The position numbers and the translations under genes were made by a program. The notes under the pieces are model-generated. The model was not told the origin of the DNA. It searched no databases and saw only the letters and a list, made by a program, of their open reading frames with translations. DNA of 64,000 nt from an uncultured Acidimicrobiaceae bacterium (GTDB taxonomy: Bacteria; Actinomycetota; Acidimicrobiia; Acidimicrobiales; RAAP-2), in the NCBI GenBank assembly GCA_963781955.1, contig CAWAHU010000002.1:51582-115581 (forward strand). The letters are read 5' to 3'. Positions 1-9,968 of the stretch are shown one piece after another; positions within the stretch are counted from its first letter, which is position 1, and each line of letters starts with the position of its first letter.

Positions 1-402
1 ATCGTCAGTCTCGAGGACGGGGAGTACACGGTGCTCGACGGCCCTTTCACCGAGGCCAAGGAGATCGTCGGCGGGTGGGCGTTCCTCGAATGCCGTGACC
101 TTCCCGAGGCCGTCGAGTGGGTCCGAGCGCCTCCGCCTCATCTTCGTGGCGTGCCACCCCGTGCTGAGCGTCCCGGCCCGGGTTGCACCGACGCCGATGC
201 CGCCGGAGCCTTCGAGCGCGCCGCGGCCCTGGCCCGCAACGAGCCCGAACGCGGCCTGACCGAGGCGCGCGCAAGGGCCGGACGTGCCCGGGCGGGAACA
301 GTGGTTCCGCCTTCACCTTCGGCCAACGATCTGCGCGAGATGGGACCTTGCGCCGCCCACCAGGGACGCAGCCGTAGCCGGACCGGGGGCAGGGAGCCGT
401 AG
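1..402 (+). pseudogene. Fragmented remnants of a YCII/DGPF-family gene fused out of frame to pieces of an ECF-type sigma-70 factor
   Basis: The first frame reads ...LDGPFTEAKEIVGGWAFLECRDLPEAVEWV (YCII/DGPF signature) and then loses similarity. A second frame from ~124 reads RLRLIFVACHPVLSVPARVA, a motif typical of the sigma factors encoded next to DGPF genes. A third segment reads DAAGAFERAAALARNEPERGL, a typical sigma C-terminal end. No intact ORF covers these pieces. Confidence 0.4.
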
Positions 403-1685
403 ACCAGGACGGCGTCGCCCCGGCGAAGGCAACGCAGGTCCTCAGGCGGGAGCAGCCGGCGGACTGCCGTGGACGATGTCGTCGAGCGCCGTCCCGACGG
501 GTCACGCGTGATCGAGGGCTGCGCCACCTCCTGGTCACCGACCAGCCGGCTGGCGTACTCCAATGTGTCGGGGTCGGCGATGCCCGGCAGGAAGAGCTTG
601 GCCCGGTGGTTGTTGAGCACGGTCGGCGCCCGGGCGCCGTAGCGCCCCCGGACCTGGGCCAGGTCCTGCCAGACAGTCATCAGCTGGATTCCGTGCGAAG
701 CGCAGGTGGCCGCCAGGCCGTCGAGCTCGGGCAACGGCGCGATGTGCGCGGCCTCGTCGATCACCACCAGCAGGGGCGGGTCCAACGGGCCCGACCGAGT
801 GGCGACGGTGAACGCCTGCGCCAGTACCTGCTGGGTGAGTGCGGTGAAGTAGCCGCGCAGGCGTCTCTGGTCGTGGGCCGGCGCGCACAGGTAGAGGGTG
901 TGTGCGCCGCCGAGCAGGTGCCGCGGGTCGAACACGGGGCGCCCGGGGGTCACCGGTGCTTCCGCGAAGGGCGCCAGAACGGTCTCGGCCGTCGTGGCGA
1001 CCGAGCTCCGCGTCCTTTCGTCGCGGCACCACGTGGCCTCGGCGGCCTCGAGCGCCTCGGGCAGCCCGGCCTGCTCGAGGATGCCCGCCACCTCGCCCAC
1101 CTCCTGGATGTCGACCCATCGCACCACGTCGGCCATCGACCGCCCGTCGAGCGCGGCTGCGAAGAGGAGGGGCGCCAGCAGCTTGGCGGCGGTGGCGTAC
1201 CAGAACTCCCCGTCCGACGTCGTCCCCTCTCCCCTGGCCGCCTCGCACAGGCCTGAGGCCACCCGGCGCGCCGCCGGCCAGGTGGAGCACTCCGGCAGCG
1301 GAGACCACGTCGTCACCGGCATGCCGGTGCTCGCGGTGGGGTCGACGCACCACACGGTGCCCTGATCCGCGCGCTCACCCCACGTGTCGCGCAGCAGATC
1401 GCTCTTCACGCTGGCCGCCACCACCGGGCCGGCCCAGCCGAGGATGGCGGGGACGGCGAGGCTCGAGGTCTTCCCGCTCTGCGTCGGGCCCACGACCACG
1501 AGAGACTGACCCGCTTCGGTGGCGACCCAGGCGCGACGCCCAGGGCGAGGGAGCTGGCCGAGCGGGAGGCGTCCGGCGGGCACGTCCCCCCGGACGACCA
1601 GCCGACGGAGGTCGCGCCGCGAGGCCCAGCGGGCACCACGACGGCTCACGGTCCCGCCGGATGTCAAACGCCGGCCGCCGGTCAC
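138..1685 (-). CDS. Type IV secretion coupling protein (TraG/TraD/VirD4 family ATPase)
   Basis: Walker A VVVGPTQSGKTSS, Walker B LLVVIDEAAH and the TraG/TraD C-terminal block HGIQLMTVWQDLAQV...NNHRAKLFLPG are present. The track ORF 138..2303 is over-extended. GTG at 1685 overlaps the upstream gene's TGA (GTGA). The last ~70 codons run antisense through the sigma remnant, so the 3' end may not be native. Confidence 0.8.
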   Translation of the reverse strand: MTGGRRLTSGGTVSRRGARWASRRDLRRLVVRGDVPAGRLPLGQLPRPGRRAWVATEAGQSLVVVGPTQSGKTSSLAVPAILGWAGPVVAASVKSDLLRDTWGERADQGTVWCVDPTASTGMPVTTWSPLPECSTWPAARRVASGLCEAARGEGTTSDGEFWYATAAKLLAPLLFAAALDGRSMADVVRWVDIQEVGEVAGILEQAGLPEALEAAEATWCRDERTRSSVATTAETVLAPFAEAPVTPGRPVFDPRHLLGGAHTLYLCAPAHDQRRLRGYFTALTQQVLAQAFTVATRSGPLDPPLLVVIDEAAHIAPLPELDGLAATCASHGIQLMTVWQDLAQVRGRYGARAPTVLNNHRAKLFLPGIADPDTLEYASRLVGDQEVAQPSITRDPSGRRSTTSSTAVRRLLPPEDLRCLRRGDAVLVYGSLPPVRLRLRPWWAAQGPISRRSLAEGEGGTTVPARARPALARASVRPRSGSLRARAAARSKAPAASASVQPGPGRSARGGTPRR

Positions 1686-3038
1686 GCGCGCCGGCCGGTC
1701 ATCGCCGCGTCGGTGTCGACCATGCGCCGCTCGGCTCCGCTCAGGCGGTGCTGGACCAGGAACGAGCGCGGGCCCACCTTCCACAGCGCGATGCCGCGGC
1801 GGAGCCGGGGCAGGAGCTCGGCCTCCGTGGCCGACAGGGAGAGGAGATCGGCCGCGGCGTCCAGCTCGCCCGGTGACTGGGCGTAGACAACGCGGGTCTC
1901 GGAGTCGGCCAGGAGCCCCTCCGCCAGCGCCACCTGTTCGGAGTCCGAGGCGCCGACCGAGCGGAGATCGGACACCCGGTGCAGGACTGCCACGTTGGAG
2001 ACGCCGAACGCCCGTGAGAGCTTCCACGAGGACTGCAGCCATCGCGCCACGCTCAGGTTCGAGAGGATGGCCCACGCCTCGTCGACCACCAGGAAGAACC
2101 GCCCCTGAGGCGGCGGCACTCCATCCGCTCGTTCGCACGCGGCCGCGGTGCGGTGCCCGCCGGCGGTCGCGGCACGGGCCAGCGCCGCCTGGAGCCAGGC
2201 CGTGGCACAGGCCATCAACACGCCGAGCGCCGACGACGAATACAGCGCCGAGAGGTCCAGCACGACGAGCGGGGCGGACAGATCGAGGCCCGGCGTGGTG
2301 CACCCGTCGAACATGCCGCGCAGGTCGCCGTGGACCAGGCGCCGCAGCTCGAGCGCGACGTCACGGCCGTCCTCGAGCAGGTCTTCGCGGGTGGTCCGTA
2401 GCGCGGCGTGCAGCCTCTGCGCCCGGCGCCAGGAGGGCCTCCACCACCATCGGCACGGTGGGCACCGCGCCGCGGGGCGCGCAGTCGAGCAGCGCCGCTC
2501 CGAGCGCAGCCCGCTCGCGGGGAGCCAACGCGCGCGCCAGGCAGGCGCTGGCCAACGAGGAAAGCAGCTCGGTTCGACGCTGTCCGGTCGCGTCGGGCAG
2601 GTCGCCGGTGACCGCGTCGCCTCGCCGTACTCGCAACGGGGCCTCGTCGGGCCCGGGGTCGAGGGGGTTGAGCCGCACCGAGCCGCCGGGACGGAGCGCC
2701 ACGGGCCGCACCCCCCATGCCCGGGCCAGGTCGGCGTACTCGCCCTTGGGGTCGACCACCCAGGCCCGCCGGCCGAAGACGGCCTGGCGCCACAGGAATG
2801 TCTTGACGAACGCGCTCTTGCCCCGACCGATCTGACCGAACACGACCATGTTGGGGTTGGACACGACACCCGCGGCGTAGAGCTCGAAGGGATCGAACAC
2901 GAACGACCCGCCGAGCAGGTCGTCGCCGATCACCACGCCCCGCCGGGTGAGCCCGGCCTCGGCGATGAACGGATAGGCCGCGCCGAGGTTGCGCGTGGTG
3001 ACCTGATGGGCCGGGACGTGTGGGGTACGGGCGCTCAC
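1682..3038 (-). CDS. VirB4/TrbE-like conjugation ATPase with an apparent frameshift (pseudogene or assembly indel)
   Basis: The N-terminal half lies in ORF 2361..3038 (Walker A FGQIGRGKSAF). The C-terminal half lies in ORF 1682..2869 (Walker B FFLVVDEAW). The two frames join around 2415-2433 (...VVEALLAPGA / QRLHAALRTTRED...). Confidence 0.75.
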
Positions 3039-3163
3039 TGCGGGCTCTCGACGTTCATGCCGGGTGAACGGTCGCCCGCTGGGCCCGTGGCCTCCGTTAC
3101 CTTGACGGTGGCCGTGGCCGTCCCCGGACCACCGGGCGGGTCACGGGGATTGGTGGAACGCAC

Positions 3164-3853
3164 ATGGGTGACGCCGCTCGTACCCCGGCACCGCTGGTGG
3201 TCACGCTGGCTGGGCTGACCGCGGTGAGCGGTGTCCTCGACGCGGTGAGCTTCCTCGCCCTTGGTCATGTCTTCACCGCGAACATGACCGGCAACGTCGT
3301 GCTGCTGGCCTTCGCCGCCGCCGGAGCAGCCGGGTTCTCCTTCACCGCCAGCCTGTGCGCCCTGGCATCCTTTCTCGGCGGCGCGGTGACGGGCGGCATC
3401 CTGGCCGGGCGTGTCCGGGTGCGCCGCCGACTCGTGCTGACCACCATGGCGCTCGAGGCGGTCCTCACCCTGGGCGCCGTCGTCGTGGTCGCCCTCGTCA
3501 GCCAACCTGGCGCGGGCTGGCCCCGCTACGTCGTCGTCGCCGTCCTGGCCTTCTCGGTCGGCACGCGCAACGCCGCGGTGCGCCGGCTCGGCGTTCCCGA
3601 CATGACCACGACGGTCCTGACCTCGACCCTGACCGGCCTCGCCTCCGAGTCGACGGCGGCGGGTGGCACCAATCCCAACGTCCGCAACCGCGGCGCCTCC
3701 GTCCTCGCCATGTTCGCCGGCGCGCTGGTGGGTGCCGGGCTGGTGCTGCACGCCGGTGCTGCGTGGTCACTGGGTGCGGCGGTGGCCCTGGTCGTCGCCT
3801 CGGCGGCGTACTTCTCGCGCCAGGAGCCGCTCGTGCTCGGCCTGGAGCGCTGA
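3164..3853 (+). CDS. YoaK/DUF1275-family membrane protein
   Basis: ATG start. The N-terminal signature is LAGLTAVSGVLDAVSFLALGHVFTANMTGNVVLL, there are about six hydrophobic helices, and TRNAAVRRLGVPDMTTTVLTSTLTG matches the family pattern. Confidence 0.75.
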   Translation: MGDAARTPAPLVVTLAGLTAVSGVLDAVSFLALGHVFTANMTGNVVLLAFAAAGAAGFSFTASLCALASFLGGAVTGGILAGRVRVRRRLVLTTMALEAVLTLGAVVVVALVSQPGAGWPRYVVVAVLAFSVGTRNAAVRRLGVPDMTTTVLTSTLTGLASESTAAGGTNPNVRNRGASVLAMFAGALVGAGLVLHAGAAWSLGAAVALVVASAAYFSRQEPLVLGLER

Positions 3854-3953
3854 TCCCCCGACCACGCCCGACCGTGTTGTCGGAGGACCCCCGGCAACTT
3901 GACGCCGGCCTGCGCCTGCGGTTGCATCAGGGGTCGGCTGCAAGAGGGGTGTC

Positions 3954-4694
3954 ATGTCTGCACGTCACGGGGAGGCGACGGGTCGCTCGGCCGCCGTCGG
4001 CCGCCGCATCGGGATGCTCGCCCTGCTCGGCTCGCTCGGGGCGGCTTCGATGGCGGGCTGCTCGTCGAGCCCGACGGCGAGGCAGGGTGCCCGCGTCACC
4101 CACCCGACGTTGTCGGGATTCGACGGGGCGCTGCCCCTCACCGGTGGTCCGCAGCTCAGCTGCGGGCAGGCGACCCAACAGGCGCAACGACAGCTGGCCT
4201 TCCCGCCCACCGCCCGGATGACCGTGGGCGAGACCACCACCGTGAACGTCGAGCTCGCGGCGTCCGGCGCGCAGCTCGTCGCCGGCACCGGGACGACGAC
4301 GACGGTCGTCCTGCACACGACGTGCTTGGTCAAGGTCACTCTTCGGGGCGGGCCGCAGCTCTCCATCCTCCCTCAGGACGAGGCGGTTCAGGACTTCAAC
4401 GAGGGCCCGGTGCGCGACTGGACGTGGCTCGTGACGCCGAGTCAGGCCGGAAGCCTCCCGATGCGCCTCGACGTCGAGTCCGATGCCGGCGGCACGCCGC
4501 AGACCTTGGACCACCGCTCCGTGGAGATCGATGCCGTCGTCGCGCCGGAGTCCGTCCCGAAGCACGTCGCCGACTCCGTGACCAGTCCGCTCGGGCTCAC
4601 CGTCCTCGGTGCAGTTCTCGCCGTGATCTTCGGCCTGCTCGGCAACTTCGTGAGCAGTCGGCGCAAGAGGCGCACGACCGAGACCGGCGCGTGA
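3954..4694 (+). CDS. Hypothetical lipoprotein with a C-terminal membrane anchor
   Basis: ATG preceded by AAGAGGGG. Signal peptide with lipobox LGAASMAGC. C-terminal TM helix followed by SSRRKRRTTE. No recognisable catalytic motif. Confidence 0.5.
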   Translation: MSARHGEATGRSAAVGRRIGMLALLGSLGAASMAGCSSSPTARQGARVTHPTLSGFDGALPLTGGPQLSCGQATQQAQRQLAFPPTARMTVGETTTVNVELAASGAQLVAGTGTTTTVVLHTTCLVKVTLRGGPQLSILPQDEAVQDFNEGPVRDWTWLVTPSQAGSLPMRLDVESDAGGTPQTLDHRSVEIDAVVAPESVPKHVADSVTSPLGLTVLGAVLAVIFGLLGNFVSSRRKRRTTETGA

Positions 4695-4730
4695 GGAGTG
4701 CCGCGCCGCTGCCGGGTGGCGGCGCGGCGT

Positions 4731-5234
4731 TCAGCGGAGCGGCAGCCCGTCCTCCAGGTACTGGTACGCCCGCGCTGCCGGCGACGCCAGCGCTGCCCCG
4801 ACCCGGCGCCTGAGGGGACGACTCAGGAGGGAGAGCGCCTTGTCGGGCTTGAGCAGGCGGTGCTCGGAGAGCTCCTCGGCCTGCAACGAGATCGACCGGA
4901 GTACGTCGTCGTCCATGGCCCCGCAGTCGAAGAGGAAGCGCATGCCCCCTGGCTTGGCCGCCTTGGGCCTGAGGAAGTCGACCACCACCAGTCGCCCGGC
5001 GTCGACATGCAGCCCAACCTCTTCGCGCACCTCGCGCCGGCAGGCTTCCCAGGGTGTCTCCCCGTCCGCCTCCATGATCCCGCCGGGGATCGTCCAGTGC
5101 TCCTTGTAGGTCGGGTTCACCACGAGGAGCCGTCCGCGGCGATCGAAGATCAGCGCGCCGGCCGAGGCCGGGATGCGCGGCAGCACAAAATCCGCGTCCG
5201 TGTCCGTGTCCGTTTCCTCGTCCGGCTCGGTCAT
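4731..5234 (-). CDS. NUDIX hydrolase
   Basis: Nudix box GGIMEADGETPWEACRREVREEVGL. The start ATG overlaps the sulfatase stop (ATGA at 5231-5234). Confidence 0.85.
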   Translation of the reverse strand: MTEPDEETDTDTDADFVLPRIPASAGALIFDRRGRLLVVNPTYKEHWTIPGGIMEADGETPWEACRREVREEVGLHVDAGRLVVVDFLRPKAAKPGGMRFLFDCGAMDDDVLRSISLQAEELSEHRLLKPDKALSLLSRPLRRRVGAALASPAARAYQYLEDGLPLR

Positions 5235-6804
5235 GCGATGCCCAGCCGCTCGAGCTGCTCCACGGGGGCCTCGACTTCGCGCAGCGCCACGCGCAGGAGC
5301 TCAATCATGTCCGGCTCCTCCTTGGTTCCGACAAGGTTCCGGTCCTCGCCGGGATCCTCGGCGAGGTCGAACAGAAAGTGGGCGTCGACGGTCTGCCGGC
5401 CCACCCAGAACGGCAGGCGGTCGCCGGGCGCGAAAGGCTGCCGGATGACCGGGATGCCGGAGCCCGGCATGAAGTCGAGGCGGGCCCGATGGTCCGGCGG
5501 GGGCAGGAGCGCCTCGGCCTCGATCCCGTGCACGGGCATGGTCGACCATCGGTTGGACCACATGGAGAGCGGGAAGTTCTGCCCCGCCGCGCCCCGGGCG
5601 TACTTGCGCGTCCCGTCGGTGACCTGCACCCAGTTCCCGTAGACACCGCCGATGGCCCAGGACCGCACCCGGTGCGCCGTCCCGGTGAGGAGGGGGACGA
5701 GCGAGGTGCCGTGGGTTGTTCCGCGCGGAACGACGCCGAAGAGGTCGGCGATGGTGGCGAAGATGTCGACGTTGGTCGTGATGGCGTCGCACGTGCCGCC
5801 TCCTGGGGTGCCCGGCCAGTGCACCAGGAGCGGGATGTGACCGAGCGGTTCGTACTGGATCACGCCGGGCTTGCCCCAGATGTCCTTCTCACCCAGGTAG
5901 TGCCCGTGGTCGGTGCACACGATGACCGCCGTGCTGTCCCACAGACCGCCGGCTTCCAGGGCGGCGAAGACCTCCCCCGCCCAGTGGTCGATCATGCTCA
6001 GCTTGGCCCCGTAGTTGGCCCGGATGTGGCGGCCCTCCCGCTCGCGCAGGCGGCCCTGTGCCACCGCGCCGACGTCGTAGGGCGGCCAGATGAGCAGCTC
6101 GCCCTCCCACTCGGGGTCGTACCGGCCGCACCATGGCTCTGGTGTGTCGAAGGGCTCGTGCGGGTCGAACTCGTCGACGAACAACATGAAGGGCTCCGTG
6201 GTCGGCACGCCGGCGCGCAGCCACTCGGCGGCGGCCGCCATGGTGCGTGGCCCGGGGAAGTCCCGCTCCGTCCGGAAGAAGGTGCGGGACCGGTCGTAGG
6301 GGCGGTCGCCCATCTGCAGTCCCATCCGGTCCTGCCAGTACCAACCGCCACCGCGCGCCGGCAGGGCCGGCGCGCCGATATGGCTCGGGTCGGCATACGT
6401 GCGCCACGCGTCACCCTCGTGTCCGCGCACGTACTCCCAGGCGCTGAAGTCGGTGTGGTAGTTCTCGCCACCGGTCTCGAAGAGGTGCGGGTGGTCCGAG
6501 ACGAGCATGGTGGTGACACCCGCCCGCCGCAGCTGTGCGGTGATCGGCTCTTCCCACAGCTCGATCGAGCCCCAGGGCCGCCAGAGGAAATCGAGCGCGC
6601 CGCAGAGGATGTCGTGCCGGGCAGGCATGCACGGGAGCGACCCGGTGACGTGCGACGTGAACCGCGTGGCACGCTCCGCGCGAAGCGGTCCAGGTTCGGC
6701 GTCTCGAACTCGATGCCGCCGTAACTGCCCAGCATGTGCCTGTTCAGGCTGTCGAGCAGCAGCACCACGAGGTTGCGCGGTCCGGGATGCCGGGGGTCTG
6801 CCAT
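5231..6804 (-). CDS. Sulfatase (formylglycine-dependent type) with an apparent frameshift near the 5' end
   Basis: ORF 5231..6628 carries the CxPxR motif (SLPCMPARHD) and the sulfatase core. The true N-terminus MADPRHPGPRNLVVLLLDSLNRHMLGSYGGIEFETPNLDRFA lies in another frame (ORF 5998..6804). The frames join around 6665-6680. Confidence 0.8.
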
Positions 6805-6843
6805 AGGGTCATGGTGCCATGGGGACCGCGCCCGTGCCGACGG

Positions 6844-8220
6844 TCATCGCAGGCCCCGGCAGAGCGGCAACGTGCACGTGTAGCCGGCCGCCTGGTCGCC
6901 ATACAACCGGCGCAAGGCCAGGCGGCTCTGTCCGGCTGCGTGCTGCACCTCCGCGACGGCCGCCTCGAGCTCTTCGTCGCTCTGCGCGGAGACTGTGACG
7001 AACCCCGAGTAGCGGAAGGAGGCGTGGCCCTCCGCCAGCTCGGCCTCGCGGCGGGCCAGCACCTCGGACTCCCGGTCATGGCGCGCCGTCGAGAGGAAGC
7101 CGCCACGCCGGCGCAGCTCGGCGTCGGCCAGGTCCGCCGTCCTCGATGCCTCCGCCTTGCGCACTGCGGCGTGCGGGCCCAGCGGCTCCATCACGACGCC
7201 GAACGTGGCGCGCGCCGGGCCGAGCAGGACGGGGGCCAGGAAGTCGCTGCGCACCTCGAGCCGGGGCCACTCCGCCACCCAGAACGTGGCGTGCAGCATC
7301 CCGTCCACGCGGACGCTCGACCAGCCCTCCTCCATGGCCATGGGCCAGGCGTCGGGCACACCGGCCGACGCTCCACCGTTGCTCGCCGGTGAGCGGGGCT
7401 CGTAGGTCTGCAGCAGTCGCCGGGCGAGATCCTCGGTGCCGAGCAGCGACTCGACGCGGATCTCGGCGTCGGAGAGGAGCCGGGCCAGTGACTCGACCTC
7501 CCGTGCCAGGACGGCGCAGCCCGCTTCGACGGATCGGGACTGGCGCACCTGCACGGCGAGCAACACGTCGTGCCGCGACGTGCGGGCGTCCATGTCACCC
7601 AGCAGCGCCTCGTACGATGCGGTGCACGCCGGAGTGGCGTCCAGCGCCGCCTCGGCGGCCAAGTACGACCGGACGCGCCGGCCGTCGTCGGGCAGGGACG
7701 TCGCCAACCACTGCACGCGGTGAACCGGTGATCCCTCCCGGGCGAGGGACGCCAAGACCGAGGCCCAGGCGCCCACGCGGCGGTCCTGTTCGTCGGCACC
7801 GAGCAGAGCGAAGCTCCCGCCCCGCAACTCCAGCGCCGCCGTCAGCGTTCGTGCGGCACGGTCGTGGACCACTCCCATGTCACTCCAACCGGCCCGCAGC
7901 AACCGGATGGTGCGCAGGGCGCCCATCCGGGTCCGGCGCGCCGCTGGCCCACGGGACCGGCGCGCGGTCCAGCAGACCACGACCGGCAGCCATTCGTCCC
8001 CGGTCCGTCCGGCCACCGGCACCGTGGCCAGCGCACCGTAGAGGACGAGGATGGCGATGGCAGCCAGCACGCCGAGGACGTCGGGTGACCACCTCAGCAC
8101 GAGTACCCCGAAGACCAGACCCACCGCGACGGTGAGGATCTGCCCGGCGCGCCACCCGGCCAGGGCACCCCCACGCTCGCGCGGGCCGAAGCGATAGCGC
8201 GTCCCGGCTGCTCCGCTCAC
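6844..8220 (-). CDS. Conserved actinobacterial conjugation-cluster membrane protein (SCO6880-like, family name from memory)
   Basis: The N-terminus YRFGPRERGGALAGWRAGQ is followed by two TM helices and a large soluble domain. It sits directly downstream of the TrbL-like gene. GTG at 8220 overlaps the upstream TGA (GTGA), and the track start at 8409 is inside the upstream gene. Confidence 0.55.
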   Translation of the reverse strand: MSGAAGTRYRFGPRERGGALAGWRAGQILTVAVGLVFGVLVLRWSPDVLGVLAAIAILVLYGALATVPVAGRTGDEWLPVVVCWTARRSRGPAARRTRMGALRTIRLLRAGWSDMGVVHDRAARTLTAALELRGGSFALLGADEQDRRVGAWASVLASLAREGSPVHRVQWLATSLPDDGRRVRSYLAAEAALDATPACTASYEALLGDMDARTSRHDVLLAVQVRQSRSVEAGCAVLAREVESLARLLSDAEIRVESLLGTEDLARRLLQTYEPRSPASNGGASAGVPDAWPMAMEEGWSSVRVDGMLHATFWVAEWPRLEVRSDFLAPVLLGPARATFGVVMEPLGPHAAVRKAEASRTADLADAELRRRGGFLSTARHDRESEVLARREAELAEGHASFRYSGFVTVSAQSDEELEAAVAEVQHAAGQSRLALRRLYGDQAAGYTCTLPLCRGLR

Positions 8221-9659
8221 GACCCGCCGCCCTGGCGCGCACCGCCCGCGCCGCCGGCGCCTCCGTCGGGCCCCTGGCCAGGCGGCCAGACCGCGGGCAG
8301 CCACCGCAGCTGCGGACCGTGGCCGTCGTCGCCCAGGTAGTAGCGCATCTTGCCGGGCATGACGGTGCCGATGAGCCGCACGCCCGGCGGGACGCCCTCC
8401 CGCTTCCATGCCTCGGGGTCTGGGTCTGGGTCTGCATCGGGCGGCGCCCGACGGGTGGTCGTGGACGTGGGTGACACCGCGTCCCGCGACGCGCCGGGAA
8501 CCGCGGCCGGTCGATCGACTCGGAGCGGCTTGGGCCCCTTCGGTCCGGCGGCATCACCGTCGTGGGCCTCCTCGTGCTCCTCCGATGCGCCCGGGTCACC
8601 CGCGGCCATCGGCAGCCCAGGAGGGCGAAGGCTCTCGCCGGCCGCCGACGTCTGCGCCAGGAGGCGGGTCTCGCCGAGCGTCCCGAGGCCTTCGGTGAGG
8701 GCGAGGCTCGCCGCGCTGCGCGCGGGACGGCTCACCACCGACGCACCGCGTGCCGCCAGCCCGTCGAGATGGGCCACTGCGCCCGCCTCGACCACCGGGA
8801 TCATGCGCAGGATGGCGAACGGGACGAACGTGGCCATCAGAAGCAGCGCACCCCCTGCGAGCACCGACCGGAAGCCCGCGCCGTGCAACCCGGTGCCGGC
8901 GGTGCCCGACGAGAGGGCACCGGCAGCCAGGCTGAGCGTCGCCACGATCACGAACTTCGAGACGATCAGTGCCGCCAGCGTCTCGACGAGCCGTCGGCAC
9001 CAGTGGGAGACAGCGGGCCACACCAGGGTCGCCAGGGCCAGCGGGAGGAACAGCACGGCGACGTAGACCGCGGCCGAGCGGATGAGGAGCTCGAGCCACA
9101 GGACGAAGGCGGCCACGGCCACCAGCAGCGAGACGAGCAGCAGCACGAAGCTGGCGACCGTCGGGTCGGCCGCCGCTCCCGCCAACCCGGTCGTGACCCC
9201 ACGGAACAGCGACGTCACGTCGGCTCCGGAGCCGCCGGCCACGGCATTGCTCATGGCGTCGGTGGCCGAGAGCCCGAGGGCGACGAGCTGGACGGCGACC
9301 ACGGCCAGCAGCAGCGCCAAGGGCAGACGGAGAAGGAAGGTGCGGACGAGCTGCGCCGCGTCCTGACGGAGCACGGCCTGGATCGTCGAGAGGAGCAGTA
9401 GCGGGAGGACCACCATCCCCGCCAGCGCCGCCATCTCTTCGTAGTGGTCGCGGAACCAACGCGCTCCGACGTCGACCGTCGTCGTGGCGACCAGGACGTC
9501 GCCGATCTGTCCGAGCAGCCATTCGGCACCGCTCGCCACCCACTGGCTGACGCCGTCGAGCACGGACGCGAAACCCGACGCGGCGATGGACCCACCGACG
9601 CTGCCCAGCTGGCAGACGGGGTTCAGCGCGTCCAGACCGCTGCATCCAGCTCCGAGCAC
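8217..9659 (-). CDS. TrbL/VirB6-like polytopic membrane protein of the conjugation module
   Basis: About 6-7 TM helices (LLLRLPLALLLAVVAVQLVALG, FVLLLVSLLVAVAAFVLWLELLI and others) and a long Pro/Gly/Asp-rich C-terminal tail. GTG start 15 nt after the upstream stop. Confidence 0.6.
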   Translation of the reverse strand: MLGAGCSGLDALNPVCQLGSVGGSIAASGFASVLDGVSQWVASGAEWLLGQIGDVLVATTTVDVGARWFRDHYEEMAALAGMVVLPLLLLSTIQAVLRQDAAQLVRTFLLRLPLALLLAVVAVQLVALGLSATDAMSNAVAGGSGADVTSLFRGVTTGLAGAAADPTVASFVLLLVSLLVAVAAFVLWLELLIRSAAVYVAVLFLPLALATLVWPAVSHWCRRLVETLAALIVSKFVIVATLSLAAGALSSGTAGTGLHGAGFRSVLAGGALLLMATFVPFAILRMIPVVEAGAVAHLDGLAARGASVVSRPARSAASLALTEGLGTLGETRLLAQTSAAGESLRPPGLPMAAGDPGASEEHEEAHDGDAAGPKGPKPLRVDRPAAVPGASRDAVSPTSTTTRRAPPDADPDPDPEAWKREGVPPGVRLIGTVMPGKMRYYLGDDGHGPQLRWLPAVWPPGQGPDGGAGGAGGARQGGGS

Positions 9660-9674
9660 GGGACGAGCCGACCC

Positions 9675-9968
9675 TCAGTGCAGGTTGGTGCCGATGTGGA
9701 AGAAGAAATTGATGAGGGGCTGCGCCGCGCCGATCAACAGCGCCGCCAACCCCGACACGAGGACGGCCCGTCGACCGACCAGCGACTGTTGGAAGTTCTG
9801 GGCGTGGACGCCCAGCGCCCAGGCGGCGGCGCCGATCAACAGCCCGGCCAACGCGGCGATGAGCGCCCACGCCGCGAGCCCGTTGGTCAGGTCCTGCAAT
9901 GTCCCCCCGCCCGGAAGCGCGGTCATGCTCGGGTGCAGGGAGACGTCGGCCAGGTGCCACACGGCCAT
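9675..9968 (-). CDS. Small two-TM protein, TrbC/VirB2 pilin-like (DUF6112-like)
   Basis: 97 aa. The sequence ...GGTLQDLTNGLAAWALIAALAGLLIGAAAWALG...GRRAVLVSGLAALLIGAAQPLINFFF is the typical first gene of actinobacterial T4SS-like clusters (family recall, not searched). Confidence 0.55.
   Translation of the reverse strand: MAVWHLADVSLHPSMTALPGGGTLQDLTNGLAAWALIAALAGLLIGAAAWALGVHAQNFQQSLVGRRAVLVSGLAALLIGAAQPLINFFFHIGTNLH

Noticed and set aside
138-2303. 721-aa ORF taken as one protein
   Set aside because: Only the C-terminal ~515 codons carry coupling-protein motifs. The first ~205 codons are Arg/Gly/Pro-rich and overlap the VirB4-like gene in another frame. GTG at 1685 with a GTGA overlap is the credible start.
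1519-2835. 438-aa plus-strand ORF
   Set aside because: Arg/Pro/Ala-rich low-complexity translation, antisense to the two conjugation ATPase genes. This is a typical high-G+C shadow ORF.
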